A stretch of DNA of 63,922 nucleotides, the filler included, from Octopus bimaculoides (taxonomy: Eukaryota): NCBI RefSeq assembly GCF_001194135.2. It is 9 parts of 8 records of this genome, joined end to end, with 100 filler letters (N's around TTAATTAATTAA, not from the genome) between each part and the next. Parts side by side here need not be neighbours in the genome. Positions count along the whole stretch, not along the records: positions 1 to 7,285 come from NW_026324287.1; positions 7,386 to 17,539 come from NC_068987.1; 7 more parts are not named here. The stretch is one strand, 5' to 3'. How positions within the stretch are numbered: the stretch's first letter is position 1; each line of letters begins with the position of its first letter. The translations under genes and the position numbers were made by a program. The notes under the pieces were generated by a model that was not told the origin of the DNA, made no database searches, and saw nothing but the letters and a program-made list of their open reading frames with translations. Shown here one piece after another: positions 1 through 13,130 of this stretch.

Positions 1-251
1 GAGATTCAGCGTGACACAGTGTGACAAGGCTGACCCTTTGAATTACAGGCACAACAGAAACAGGAAGTAAGAGTGAGAGAAAGTTGTGGTGAAAGAGTAC
101 AGCAGGGTTCGCCACCATCCCCTGCCGGAGCATCGTGGAGCTTTTAGGTGTTTTCGCTCAATAAACACTCACAACGCCCGGTCTGGGAATCGAAACGGCG
201 ATCCTTTGACCGCGAGTCCGCTGCCCTAACCACTGGGCCATTGTACTTCCA
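1..251 (-). mobile_element. tRNA-derived SINE, family A (5' part; cut by window edge)
   Basis: Reverse complement reads ggaagtacaatggcccagtggttagggcagcggactcgcggtc...tttcgattcccagaccggg (A and B boxes). Near-identical to copies at 32444, 35729 and 54497. Confidence 0.9.
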
Positions 252-264
252 CTAACAGGAAGGA

Positions 265-860
265 CATTGTCAATGATATGAATGTCAGGAATGTCCTCCT
301 CATCAGCGGAAAAAGACAACAGCAACAACAATAATAACTACAAAATCTTCAGTAACATTAACAAGAACGACAACAACGGCATCAACAGCAATCGCAGCAG
401 CAGCAGCAATAACAATAAAGAAAGGTTTAGTAATAATAATAACAACAATACCAACAACAGGAATAACTGTAGCAATAACCAACAACAACAAAGATTAAGT
501 AATAACAATAACATTAACAACAACAACAGGAACAACAGCCGCAGCAAAAACAACAATAACAACAGCAGCAGCAGCAACAGCAGCAACAAAGAAAGGCTTG
601 GTAATAACAACAGCAACACCAACAGCAACAGCAACAGCAACAACAGCAACAACAACGGTAACAGCTACAACAACAGTAATGACAACAAGAGCGACAGCAA
701 CTGCAGCAGTAACAACAACAACAACAAAAACAAAAAAAAACAAAGATTTAGTAACAATAACAATAATAACAACAACAACAACACAAACAACAGCAACGGC
801 GGCAGCTGAAGCAGCAGAAGAAGCAGCAGCAGGAGAAGCAATATTCGCAACATCATCACC

Positions 861-891
<31 letters not shown>

Positions 892-1096
892 TCATTATCA
901 TCAACATCATCATCATCATCACCGCCGCCGCCGCCACCACCACCACCACAACCACCGCCATCAACATCATCATCATCATCAACAACAAGAGGAATTGGAT
1001 GATCGTTTCCCTCAACAGATACAACAGCGGTACTCACAACATCAACCAGAACAACAACACAAAAAACAACAAAATATTAGGAACGACGACAAAAAC

Positions 1097-1128
<32 letters not shown>

Positions 1129-1212
1129 CATCAACAACAGCAAAACAACAACCGGAATGTCATCAACAACACAATGGGTACATCATAACAAAACGACAGC
1201 AGCAGCAGCAGT

Positions 1213-1243
<31 letters not shown>

Positions 1244-1260
1244 GCAACAGAAACATCAGA
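265..1260. repeat. Compound trinucleotide low-complexity tract (AAC/AAT/AGC/ATC/CCG/ACC)
   Basis: Direct reading. It generates poly-N, poly-T, poly-L and poly-V ORFs in several frames with no recognisable domain. Confidence 0.9.
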
Positions 1261-1519
1261 TGTGTATAAAACAACGGAAGAAAAGTAAAATTTAAAAAAA
1301 GATATATATAAAAAAAAAAAATTGAAAATAAATGGAAAGAAAAAAAATCGTACGAGGAAATCAATCTAATGACAATTAATGAACAAATCAATAATTAGGT
1401 TTATATTTAATTATATTTAATGTATGGCGTATTAAATAGTTAACTAGAAATAATTATGTGGTGAGATCAATAGATCGATAGATCGATAGATCAATACATT
1501 AGTTTTGCTTTAACATAGT

Positions 1520-2085
1520 TTTCCAGATATCATCCTCTGATGCATCTGGACATATAAATCTGTGATGTTTTCCTGAGACCATTAGTTGCTTCGGGTCTTT
1601 GAACAATTAGAAACCTTCACCCTGGTGACTCAGTTTGTTAGAACTACCCGTGCTAGAACGACCCGTGTTAGCACTGCCCTTTCCAGGACTTGTACATTTT
1701 GACCAACAGCCAACCAGTTGGTTTTTCCTCTACTGGGAGTTCGTTAAGAGTTCCGGGTTCTTTAAAGATCAGACACCTTTATCCAAGGAATCTATCTAAA
1801 GTTAATTAAACCCCAGATTACATTCAGTTATCACCGCCCCATCTAGGGCTTTGCCCTCTTGATTCTCAGCCACCTTGATGTTGATATTGTTACTGTGCTG
1901 CCATCGCAGCCAACTTGACGACCTTCTGTCTACTGGCCCTTGTGACGCCCCTCCAGCGTGTTGTAAGCTCTATCTAGGGTCTGGACTGCAATCCGTCTAC
2001 ATCCCACCTCGAAGGGTTCTCATCTTGTTTGTCCCCCATTAATTTGGTTGCAATTTCATCAGCTCAGCATATTTCCTTCTCTTTT
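1520..2085 (-). mobile_element. HERO-clade non-LTR retrotransposon 3' fragment (copy 1)
   Basis: Minus strand with disruptions: KYAEL...EPFEVGCRRIAVQTLDRAYNTL...TSRWLRIKR, followed by a HERO-like 3' UTR (gggtgaagg..tct..ttg..aaagacccgaa..acatcacagat..tgtcc). Confidence 0.8.
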
Positions 2086-2169
2086 GTTTAACCAGAAATA
2101 ATTTTGTGGTGAGATTGAAGAATCGATATATCGATAAATCAATAATTTAACTTTGTGCTAACATAGTTT

Positions 2170-3065
2170 TTCCATAAATCATCCTGTGATGTGCTTGGAC
2201 ACATCATCTGTGATGTTTCACGAGGTCATTGGGTATTTGGAAACTTTCATCATAAAGACACATTTATCCAGTGACCCAGCAAACGTTTGACCATGCTCCA
2301 GCTTGTGTCAAGTTAGCATTACTCTTGGTTTCACCGCCCCTTCTAGGGCTCAAACTTTCTGAACTGCAGCCTCATTCAGGCATTCTCCGCTACCTCCACA
2401 GCCAACCCGATAGCTTTCCCTCTACTGGGAGTTCATTAAGGGTTTCGAAAATTTCAACATCAGACACCTTCACGCAGGTGATCCAACGAGGGTTTATAAA
2501 ACCCCATTTGTGTCCAGTTAGCACTACACTTGACAACACAACCACTTCCAGTCACCTTTGATCAAAAGCCTCTTTAAAGCAACCTTTATTCCTACAGTCA
2601 ACCTTAAAGCCCTCCGCTTACTGGATGTTCATTAGTTGTTGCGTGTCGTTTTAACACCAGACACCCTCATCCAGATGACCCAGCTGGAGTTGATCAACCC
2701 CAGGTTGCGTCTCATTAACACCACCACTTGTGGCACTGTCCTTTCCATGGCTCACCCCTCACATTGGCACAGCCTCTACTGCCTCCATAGTTTTCAACTA
2801 GCAATAACCACGCTTCGGATTCACCTCATTGGCCATGGTACCGCTTCTTTGCGCAAAGCTCTATAGCCAACCTGCTGCCTCCATAGCCAACCTGATGGCC
2901 TTCCGCCCACGGGCCCCTATATTGCTCAGCATGGTCCACGCTCTGCAGAGGAACTAGTCTGCAAATGCTCTGCATCCCACCCTCGGTGGGATCACACCTC
3001 GATTGCCAGCCATTCCTTTGGTATAACTCTACCAGCTCGGAATATTTCGTTCTCTTACTCTCGTT
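2170..3065 (-). mobile_element. HERO-clade non-LTR retrotransposon 3' fragment (copy 2) with internally repeated ORF-end/3' UTR units
   Basis: ORF 2826-3074: KRTKYSELVELYQRNGWQSRCDPTE.G, matching the C-terminal restriction-like endonuclease region of HERO as I recall it. The 3' UTR motif gggtgtctgatgttgaaa occurs three times. Confidence 0.85.
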
Positions 3066-3830
3066 TAACCACAAATAATTATATAGTGAGATAGAGAGGT
3101 AGATCGATAGATCGATAACTCAATAATTTAGAATTATGTTAACATAATTAATGATGGATTATTAATTAGTTAACTAGAAAGAACAAAGAATTATTTGGTA
3201 AGACATACTGCTAGATTGATCGATACGTCAATAATTTGGTTTTGTGTTAATATATGGAGTATTAATTAGAAATTAACAAGGGGTAATTATGCGCGGAGAT
3301 AGACAGATCGATCAATAGATCAATAATCTGTTTTTCTGTTAAAATAATGCTTGGATTATTAATCGGTTAACTAGAAATAATTATGTAGTGAGATAGAAAG
3401 ATCGATATAAATCCGTAATATTGTTCGTGTTAACATATTTAATGTAAGGAGAATTAATTAGTTAGTTAAAATTATGTGGAGAGATCGACAGATCGACAGA
3501 TCGATAATTTGCTTTGTGTTAACATATTTAATGCAAGGTATGTTTCATTAGTTAAGTAAAAATAATTATGTCTTGAGATAGATAGATCGATAGATCGATT
3601 AGTAATTGAGTTTGTGTTGATATTTAATGACAGAGCATCAGTTATCTACAAGTTATAATATGGTGAGATAGACAGATCGCTGGATTGATAATTTAGTTTC
3701 CTGATACAGTATTAGTTAACTACACGTAATTATATGGTGAGATAGACAAATCGATGGATCGACAATTGAGTTTGTTTTAACATATCTCATGATGGAATTA
3801 ATTAGCTAGAAATAATTTCATGATGAGACA
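3065..3830. repeat. Degenerate ~85-95 bp minisatellite (taattatgtggtgagatagacagatcgatagatcgataattt...gtgttaacatatttaatg)
   Basis: About 8 diverged units by eye. Isolated units also occur at ~1430-1520 and ~2085-2170. Confidence 0.85.
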
Positions 3831-4369
3831 CAAACAGAAGGACAGAGTTAGGTTAGTTTCAATACGTTTACTGTATAAAGACGGCGATAAAGAAAAACAC
3901 CAGTTAAGTACTATATCTAACAAATCTACTACACCCCTATCCACGAGGTTCTGGCCCTGTACCTACATTGACTTGTCATGGGCTCCCAGCTAGCAATACT
4001 GTCGTAGGAGTGCTGTCATGACAAATCTGGAAAGAGTCTTTTTTGTCAACTTTCACTGGTATGTTTGCCAGAGCTCGGCTCTCCGCTAAATGATTTACTC
4101 GCCTTTTCTTTGATGTTACAATCAGACAGACTTCAAAGAGAGAGTTGGTCTGCGTTGGCAATATTTGTATTATTTAGCAATAATCCACAAAAAGAGTACA
4201 GCGAATTTGACGTGAGCAATGGAATTTCCGACGATTCGGAGAGAGTCCTTCTTCAGAGAAAAGTTGACAGGAGAGAAATTAAATGCAACTGAGTTTTACA
4301 CGCTGCATGTTAGGAAAAAGAAACAGGTCGGAACTGATAAAGAACGCAAGACCACCGGAGATTCATTAG

Positions 4370-4545
4370 CGGACAGGGAGCATATCTTGGACAAGAAGTT
4401 ATTCTTTGGTATTGTCTATCTATCTTTTCCTCTGTCTGCTTCCCCTTCTTTCCCCTTCCGCAGTTCCTTGAAGACTTGCAGAATGGTTTTTCACAATAAT
4501 GTCCCTACCATACCAGCTTTGGTTTCTTCGCCGTTATGAGAAGGG
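4370..4545 (-). mobile_element. RTE-like LINE ORF C-terminal remnant
   Basis: Minus strand reads SLQGTAEGERRGSRQRKR*IDNTKE, resembling the RTE C-terminal ILQG.VEG.RRRGRQRKRW.DNIKE motif. Confidence 0.45.
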
Positions 4546-4708
4546 CTTCAAATGCATTTACATGGAACGATTATAAAATGGTGACAATGGAATGACTAGG
4601 ACAGAAGAGAAAGAGATAGATAGATAGAGAGAGAGATAGAGAGAGAGGGGGGAGAGGGAAAAAGAGAAACGGAGGGAGAGAGAAGAAGAGAAGAAGAGAA
4701 GAAGAGAC

Positions 4709-5047
4709 GCAGCTAAAGTTGTTACTGAATGGCACGAGGAACATTCTATGAAGTTAAACATCTTATCTGGCCACCACAGTCCCCAGATCTTAATATCATT
4801 GAACATTTATGGTGCATTTTAGAAAAACAGATAAGGAGTCGATATCCTCCGCAATCATTACTACAAGAACTGGAGACTGTTTTAGCTGAAGAATGGACAA
4901 AAATTCCTTTCGAAACAATTCAAACTTTGTACGAGTCCATACCTCGTAGAATTCAAGCTGTAATTACTGCCAAAGGCGGTCCAACACCATATTAAAATAA
5001 ATTTGTTTGAAATTTTAAGGTGTTTCCATTATGTTGTCCAACTCCTG
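4709..5047 (+). mobile_element. Tc1-like DNA transposon, 5'-truncated, with right TIR
   Basis: AKVVTEWHEEH (frameshift) EVKHLIWPPQSPDLNIIEHLW...IPRRIQAVITAKGGPTPY*. Right TIR gtgtttccattatgttgtccaactcctg is followed by TA at 5048-5049. Confidence 0.92.
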
Positions 5048-5223
5048 TATACATATATATATATATATATAATATTATTAGGGACAAAATCCAAAATTAC
5101 AGGTAAAAAACTCATTTATTGTGGTTTTAATATTAATTTTTCTATATGTGATAGTGGATTTTCATCGATGAGTTCNNNNNNNNNNNNNNNNNNNNNNNNN
5201 NNNNNNNNNNNNNNNNNNNNNNN

Positions 5224-5258
<35 letters not shown>

Positions 5259-5633
5259 CGTTTTTATTTACTATATTTTCATTTGTCTTGCTCATTTTTA
5301 CATTCTGGCATTTGCTGAAATTTTCTTGAGAACACAATCTTCGTGGTAAGGCGATTTGATGTCTATCTTTAGCATATTAGGATTCCACTTTGGTGGTCAT
5401 TCCTCTTAATTTGTTTCTTTATATATACACATATATATACATATACATGTATATATACCTGTATATGTATATACATATATATATATATATATATATACAT
5501 ATGCATGTATATATATTTGTAGACATATATACATACATATGTATATACATATATATGTATACATATATATGCAAGTATGTGTGTGTGTCTAAGGAATAGG
5601 GCGTGCTTCAACAAGACTGAATCAAGCATAAGA

Positions 5634-5675
<42 letters not shown>

Positions 5676-5989
5676 GCATATTTATATGTACACTCACACA
5701 TCTCGTCTTCGTCGTCGTTTTTTTTTTTTAGATACAGCGTATCGAAGTCTGAAATATCGTTGGCAATATGGAAGCGCGAACGCGTGAGGACCTGCCAATG
5801 ACCTGCTCGAAATAGTAACGATATCTCCCTCCAATCACGTTCTGGTTTCCAATCAAAGATTGAATTTCCCTTTCATCATTCTGGGGGGGTCAATAGAATC
5901 AAACACGGGTCAAATATTGATCTCGATTATATCAATAATTCTCAGATATAACATTTCTGGCTTTCTTTCTCATAGAATCGTTAAGGCGA

Positions 5990-6180
5990 AGGTGGTAGTT
6001 TTGCAGAATCGCTAGAGCGTCGAAGGAAATGCGTTGTAGCAATTCTTCCGGCGCTTTACGTTCTGAGTTCAAACCCTTCTAAGGTTAATTTTGCTCTTTT
6101 ATCGATTCTGAGGTCGATAAAATAAAGTACCAGACAATTATAGGTGTTTGATGGAATCACTTTACCACTTTACCCAAAAA
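5990..6180 (+). mobile_element. tRNA-derived SINE family D, diverged
   Basis: gcagaatcgctagagcg...gaaatgcgt...tacgttctgagttcaaa...gtcgataaaataaagtaccag; same family as 29155. Confidence 0.75.
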
Positions 6181-6478
6181 TGTTTTGTCTTGTGCCGAAA
6201 TCAGAAGCAGTTGTTTTTACTGTTAGAAGAAAAAGAAATAGAAGGCGTAAGAGAATGAAGAACGAAAAAGAAAATGAAGGAAAATGAAGGAAATGAAGAA
6301 AAAAAATAAAGAAAGAGGAAGAAAAAGAGTGAAGAAGGAAGTAAAGAATGGAGAATGAGGAAAAGGAAAGAGAAAAAGAAGTTGAAGAAGTAAAATAAGA
6401 ATGAAAATGATGAATACGCTTCCTTATTGTTTATACACCTGTCTTCGTCCTTTGTTTTACTATAAATTTCAATATATT

Positions 6479-6526
<48 letters not shown>

Positions 6527-6575
6527 CGTGTGTGTGTGCGTGCGTGCGTATATATATATATATATATATATATAT

Positions 6576-6871
6576 GAGCAAGTGTCTTCTACTATAGCCT
6601 CGGCCCGACCAAAGCCTTGTGAGTGGATTTGGTAGACGGTAACTGAAAGAGGCCCGTCGTATATATATGTGTGTGTGTGTATGTGTGTGGGTGTGTATGT
6701 GTGTGTGTGTGTATGTGTGCGTGTGTGTGAGTCTGTGTTTGTCCCCCTCAACATCACTTGACAACCGATGTTGGTGTGTTTACGTCCCCTTAACTTAGCG
6801 GTTCGGCAAAAGAGACGATAGAATAAGTACTTGGCTTACAAAGAGTAAGTCCTGGGGTCGCTTTACTCGAC
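6576..6871 (+). mobile_element. SINE family B, 5'-truncated, with internal TA/TG microsatellite
   Basis: gcaagtgtcttctactatagcctcggcccgaccaaagccttgtgagtggatttggtagacgg...; matches the full copy at 39742. Confidence 0.9.
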
Positions 6872-7385
6872 NNNNNNNNNNACCCCTTCCGACAAACAGC
6901 AGGCCTAGTGTGAACATTTGAGACAATTGTTGCTGTTGCTCTTGTCGTGGTTGATAATATTATTAACATTAACATTAATGATTTGAGCGACCCCTATGAG
7001 AGAGAGACAGGGGCAGACAGACAAGGGAAGAGAGAGATGGAGAGAGAGGGAGAGAGGGAGAGAGATAGATAGAGAGATAGATAGATTGAGAGAGAGAGAG
7101 AGAGAGAGGTAATAGCGTGGGAGAAGTATTTGTTGTAAATAGTGGGGAACAAACACTGAGAAAGTGAGAGTCGTGGGTAGCAGGAAGAGTGAAATATTGA
7201 ATGGTGGGCAGGAAGACTGCTTTTGTGTGTGTGTTACGTGTGTATACAAATATATGCATGTATACTCACACACACATATATATATNNNNNNNNNNNNNNN
7301 NNNNNNNNNNNNNNNNNNNNNNNNNNNNNTTAATTAATTAANNNNNNNNNNNNNNNNNNNNNNNNNNNNNNNNNNNNNNNNNNNN

Positions 7386-7422
<37 letters not shown>

Positions 7423-8213
7423 AAGCGAGAGAGAGAGAGAGAGAGAGAAGCACAAACAGGAACAGAGACAATGACAGATAGGAAGGTTTCCAATCTGGTA
7501 TCTGTTAATCGTGTTAGTCTACTATTACGATAGAACTAAATATTGAAAGGGGAATAATAAATGGATGTATATTTATGTACATACATACATACATACATAC
7601 ATACATACATACATACATAATGCATACATACACACATGCATACACACACTGAGGCATTCTCTGCGCTTTTTTTCTTCCCTGCTTTTTTTTTCTTGTTCCC
7701 GTGACATTGTAGTTTTTCAGCGGGAATGGCGTTCTTGTCAATGGCCGAATATGCTTTCATTTTGTATGACTGAAATGCCTCGTTATTTTATAATTATATA
7801 TTTATATATATATTTTCCCGAACAAATATTCTTTTTGTGTGTTTTTTATTTGTTATTCTCTTTATTTTTATTTTTGTATATGCATAAAGAAATACATATG
7901 TTATCAATTGGAATGTATCTTTACACATGAAACCAATAAAATGCTTTTATTTTTTTTCTTGTGTATATTTTGTTCTTGTGTTAGGAATATTTCTTTAAAG
8001 TCCCACGCGCTATATTGCTCATATTTTGTTTGACAACTGCGGACGTGAAGCTCAGAATTACAAAATTTGAACTTTCAGCTTAATAAATATATTACATTAA
8101 TATATATATATTGGATACTTGGCTTTCAGTACTTCGTTTTGCAGGGATTTTTTTTTACTTCTAGTCTTTACAGCAGTTTTTGGCTTCAAGATGCTTGCAT
8201 ACATTTACACACG

Positions 8214-8276
<63 letters not shown>

Positions 8277-8743
8277 ACAAGAATTCATACATGCATACAT
8301 ATACAAATATATATACATACCTAATCATATATATGTGTGTGAATTCCTATATACATATTATATAGACATACATATATATATTATATACATATATATTTTA
8401 TATATACATATATATTATATATACATACATGCATATATATATTATATATACATACATATATATATATATATGTATATTATATACATACATATATATATAT
8501 ATATATTATATATACATATATATATATAGACGTATATATGACATTTGTATATATATNNNNNNNNNNNNNNNNNNNNNNNNNNNNNNNNNNNNNNNNNNNN
8601 NNNNNNNNNNNNNNNNNNNNNNNNNNNNNNNNNNNNNNNNNNNNNNNNNNNNNNNNNNNNNNNNNNNNNNNNNNNNNNNNNNNNNNNNNNNNNNNNNNNN
8701 NNNNNNNNNNNNNNNNNNNNNNNNNNNNNNNNNNNNNNNNNNN

Positions 8744-8802
<59 letters not shown>

Positions 8803-9637
8803 AACACGTATATATGTATATATATATACTCATATAGATATACATAGATATATATACATACATGCATATATGTGTATGTACATAGATATACATATACATA
8901 TACATTGTATATATACATATATTTATATGTATAAGAATATAGATATATGTATATATGTATGTATGTATATATATATGTGTGTATGTGTGTCTATGTATGT
9001 ATGTATGTATGTGTATGTATGTCTATGTATGTATGTATGTATGTATATATATGGGAGCAAATGTATTCACAAACTAAATAAGGTATCCAATACTCCACGA
9101 AGTAGAGTTTAATATTTTAATTTATTGATACATCATGCTTACAGATATATAAATCTGTTTCGATAATTTTGATCACTTAAGAAAAGCCAACCGTTTAATG
9201 TGCATCTTCAGATATTGAAAGTTAAGGAACACGAGATAATTCGATGAATCCTTCATGTGGTATTGAAGCACCCTACAGAACGTTTCTATAAAAATGTGTG
9301 GTAAAATTATAGATGGGATATGTTTAAAGGATCAGAGAAGCAATTGTAATCGGAAATCTATTAAAGAGTGGGAATGAAAAGAAATAAAATTCAAATATAA
9401 GTTAGATCATATGATATTTTTAAAAAAATTGCAGCAAAATATTGATGTAGGGATTTGAAAAAAAATGATTAGGTATGGCTGAAGAAGCTCGGTCTACAAC
9501 CATGTGATTTCGGGTTCAATTTCTGAAGTAAGTGCCTTTCTACTATAGCTCCGGGTCGACCAATGGGTTGTGAGTGAATGATTTAGACTGAAACTATGTG
9601 AAAACCATATGTGCGTGCTTGTATGTGTTTGTGAGTG

Positions 9638-9729
<92 letters not shown>

Positions 9730-10077
9730 AATATATATGTATGTATGCATGCATGCATGCATATATGTATGTATATAGATGTATGCATAAGGTTGAAAAG
9801 GAACACACGAGTTGATATGTATAAGGAAAAAAAGTCAAGATAGAAAATGCTAAAATAATTTTATCCTAAAAAATATTTCACTACCAGTTTCAGTCATTGA
9901 GACTTTTTCAACTTTAAGTATGGAAAACGATTAAATTGCGGAAAAATTAAATGAAAAGTTTTTTAAAAGAATATTTGCATAGTATTCAAATACAAGGGGC
10001 ATTTTCCTTGTTTCTGCCTGTCTCTGTCTCTCTTATTTACTCTTGCGGGTACGAGGTTGTTGTGAATTCTTGGCAGA

Positions 10078-10108
10078 GAAGAAGAAGAAGAAGAAGAAGA
10101 AGAAGAAG

Positions 10109-10137
<29 letters not shown>
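10078..10137 (+). repeat. Perfect (GAA)20 microsatellite
   Basis: Direct reading. Confidence 0.95.
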
Positions 10138-10139
<2 letters not shown>

Positions 10140-10140
<1 letters not shown>

Positions 10141-11000
10141 TTCCGTCTCTCCATCAGGAGTGATCACTTTCGCTCTGGTGTTCTCTTACAGCTCATTTAT
10201 TGCTCTCAGAATTCTTTGTGGAATATCATATGCTTTAAGTATGTTCATCATCATTCCTCTATGTCTTGAATCAAAAGCCTATTTAAAGTCTACATAAATA
10301 ATGATAGCCTTCCTGTTATGGCTCTTAACTCCCTCTATCAGTTTTCTAAGTGCGACAATGTGAATGTTGTTGACCGTCCCGATCTGAATCCATTTTCATT
10401 TCATCGCAATTGATTGTCTATCTTAGGTTCTATTCGGCTAAATATCATCTTGTTTACCATTTTTGCAACAATGGATGACAGACGGATCCCCCTGAAATTC
10501 CTAGTATCACTTAGGTCTCCAGTTTTGGGCAGCGGTAGCAAGTCTACCTCAGACCATTGGTTCTGGCTTCAGATTGTCATTTAGTAGTTTGTTTTCAAAT
10601 TCAAGGATGATGTCGTCTGAATCATATCCTTTTAGTACTTCTGGTGGGATGTTGTGAGAACCAGTTTCTTTTCTTCTTTCATGTTACTTGTAGCTCTTTC
10701 TATTTCTTGTTTTGTGAAGTCTCCATCCTCGATTTGCAAACCGTCAAGTATCTTTGCTAATTCTTCATTTTTCTGTTTCACTGTCAACTTCTGGATCTTT
10801 CCCAAGTAAGTTGTAGAAATGAGTGTACCACTTCTTGATTCTATCGTCCTTTGATTTCCCTTTGATAATTCTTTGCAATGACTGAAACAAGTAAAAACAA
10901 AAGAAGAAAACGATTTATGAAATATATTAGAAGAAAAGAATGAAAGAGAAACGTACAACGAAAGGAATTCTTTAGGAAACAACAAATAAATTCTTATATA
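10140..11000 (-). mobile_element. RTE-clade LINE reverse transcriptase remnant (frameshifted)
   Basis: Minus strand: DFTKQEIERA...KLVLT, SDDIILEFENKLLNDNLKP / QWSEVDLLPLPKTGDLSDTRNFRGIRLSSIVAKMVNKMI...ENGFRSGRST (RT domains 0-2). Confidence 0.88.
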
Positions 11001-12236
11001 ACTACAAGTGTCAAAGGAAAAGAATTCTGACGTTATCTAACTTGAATAAGAAAAACATGGTTAGGAAGTAGTGAGCCTGTTGCAAATTTCGGGATAAAAT
11101 ATTTTAGTGAAAGAAAACATCTTGCATGAGGCAGAGGGAAAAGCTGGACACAAACAGTTCTAGATACCTAACATTGTAAGCTGAGATAAAGTAGAATGAA
11201 GGTGTAAACGTACGGCTATCTGTAGAACCAGTAACGTTGACAAATCGATCAAAATGGAAGTGATAACACGGACACACATATATATATATATGCGGTAATA
11301 CAAACACGCACTCACACGTATGTACGTACGTACAAACATACATACATACACATATACAAACAGGTATCAGCACAAATAAGTTCACTCTCAAGTGAACAAA
11401 TGCATAGACACATGGGAAAGTATATCAGCAGATTTGAGTAAACAACACACAACACATGTGAACACAATCACAGGTACACACACACGCATACACACACATA
11501 TGCACATGCGTAAGGATGGATATATGGATGAATGGATGGATGGTTGGATGGATGGTTGGATATGTGTATGTGTGCCTGTGTGTATCCATATGTACATATA
11601 AATATGCTCAAGTATACGTATATATATATATATATGTGTGTGAGCGTGTGTGTGCAGGAGTGTTGTTTGTGCGCGCATGTGTGTGTGTGAGAGAGAATGT
11701 GTGTGCGTGTGTGTATGTGAATTGATGGATGCATGCATGCATGTTATACACACCCGCACCCAGATAACACGCACATCCAATGCATTTACAAACCGACATA
11801 CATTTACATACACGGGTCGACTGGCACGCATAGATTGCTTCTCTGATAAACAGGCGCTTACACACAGGGACATGGAACATGGAAGCAACCATTTACAAAC
11901 ACACAGGCTCACATGCACGCATATACACACTCACTTACACCTAATAATATGTATATATACATATGTGTGTGTGTGCGTATGTATGATTGCATATATACAT
12001 ATGCATACATATATAAATGCTTTAAGCCACATGCATAAATATGTGAATACATATACACACACTCACACACACACATGCACACACACATATATATATATAT
12101 ATGCAGATATATTCGCATTCGTATACACCTACACACGTATAAACATATTTAGATGCACGTATGCATATATATGTGGTCCATCAAAGATATATATATATGT
12201 ATGTGTGTATGTATACACACGCACACACACACACAC

Positions 12237-12294
<58 letters not shown>

Positions 12295-12897
12295 GTATAT
12301 ATATATACATACATACATATACATGCATGTATAAAGGTTAATAAAACACAAGCACAAGAAACACGAAGAGGCACTAAGTTAAACGTATTTAAACACATGC
12401 TGACATACACAAATCGCCTTTTCTACGTATAAGAACAGATATATGGATACGTTGTAACCTTAGAAGTGCCTATACAATGGTATGAATGTTGGAGCTGAGA
12501 TAATGACGCCCCTGATTCAAATATAGACATGACAAAGATCGCTAATCAATCGGGGAAAGAATTTAGAATACAAGTCAGAAAATGTGTAAAGATGGCTGTT
12601 CAAAGAAGTGTATTTATAGACTGAGGCTGAGTTGAAGAATTAAGGAGACATAAAGGAAACGTAGAGAAATGCGAAAGTTAGTAGAATTGCTAAAAACAGG
12701 AATAAAGAAAGGTTAGTAAATATGTTGACAATAAATTACATACGAGCAAGGTAAATGAAAATGAAAAGAGAACCAGAAAATATATATGAAAACAAGTTAG
12801 TCTACAATTATATGTAGTTTTGAAAGTAAGCTGTAGATTAAAAGAAGAAATGCTAAAATAAGAGGATATTCAGAGTAAATTAGATTAAGATTACCGA

Positions 12898-13130
12898 TGG
12901 TGGAGGTGCATGGTTCGGTGGTTAGGGTGTTGGACTCTTGGTTGTTAAGATTGTGGTTTCGATCTTGGACTGGACGATGTGTTGCGTTCTCAAACAAAAC
13001 ACTTTATTTCGCATTACTCCAGTCCACTCGGCTGGTAAGAAAGAGTAATCCTGCGTTGGACCAGCGTCCTATACAGGGAGGAATATATACGTCAGAAAAT
13101 CTGGGATACCGGATCTATGCTCCTTAAAGG
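12898..13130 (+). mobile_element. tRNA-derived SINE (family F)
   Basis: ggaggtgcatggttcggtggttagggtg...gtggtttcgatcttggactgg head with A/B boxes, then ...ctccagtccactcggctgg... body. Confidence 0.75.

Noticed and set aside
282-1391. Long ORFs in all frames (poly-N, T, L, V, D)
   Set aside because: Produced by trinucleotide repeats that lack stop codons. No splice or domain evidence.
7330-7341. TTAATTAATTAA palindrome inside N-runs (also ~17584, 28388, 42237, 53561, 57842, 61430, 62698)
   Set aside because: Identical 12-mer always centred in gaps, with stops in all six frames. It is an assembly spacer, not biology.
7721-7765. Possible exon GMAFLSMAEYAFIL (Cys-loop M3-like)
   Set aside because: Only a short resemblance, a weak donor, a stop two codons later, and no other channel exon seen.
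8067-9112. HT/YI/CV-rich ORFs here and at 11.4-12.4, 15.6-16.0, 44.0-44.7, 54.0-54.6 kb
   Set aside because: Translations of (CA)n, (TA)n, (TG)n and (AG)n microsatellites.
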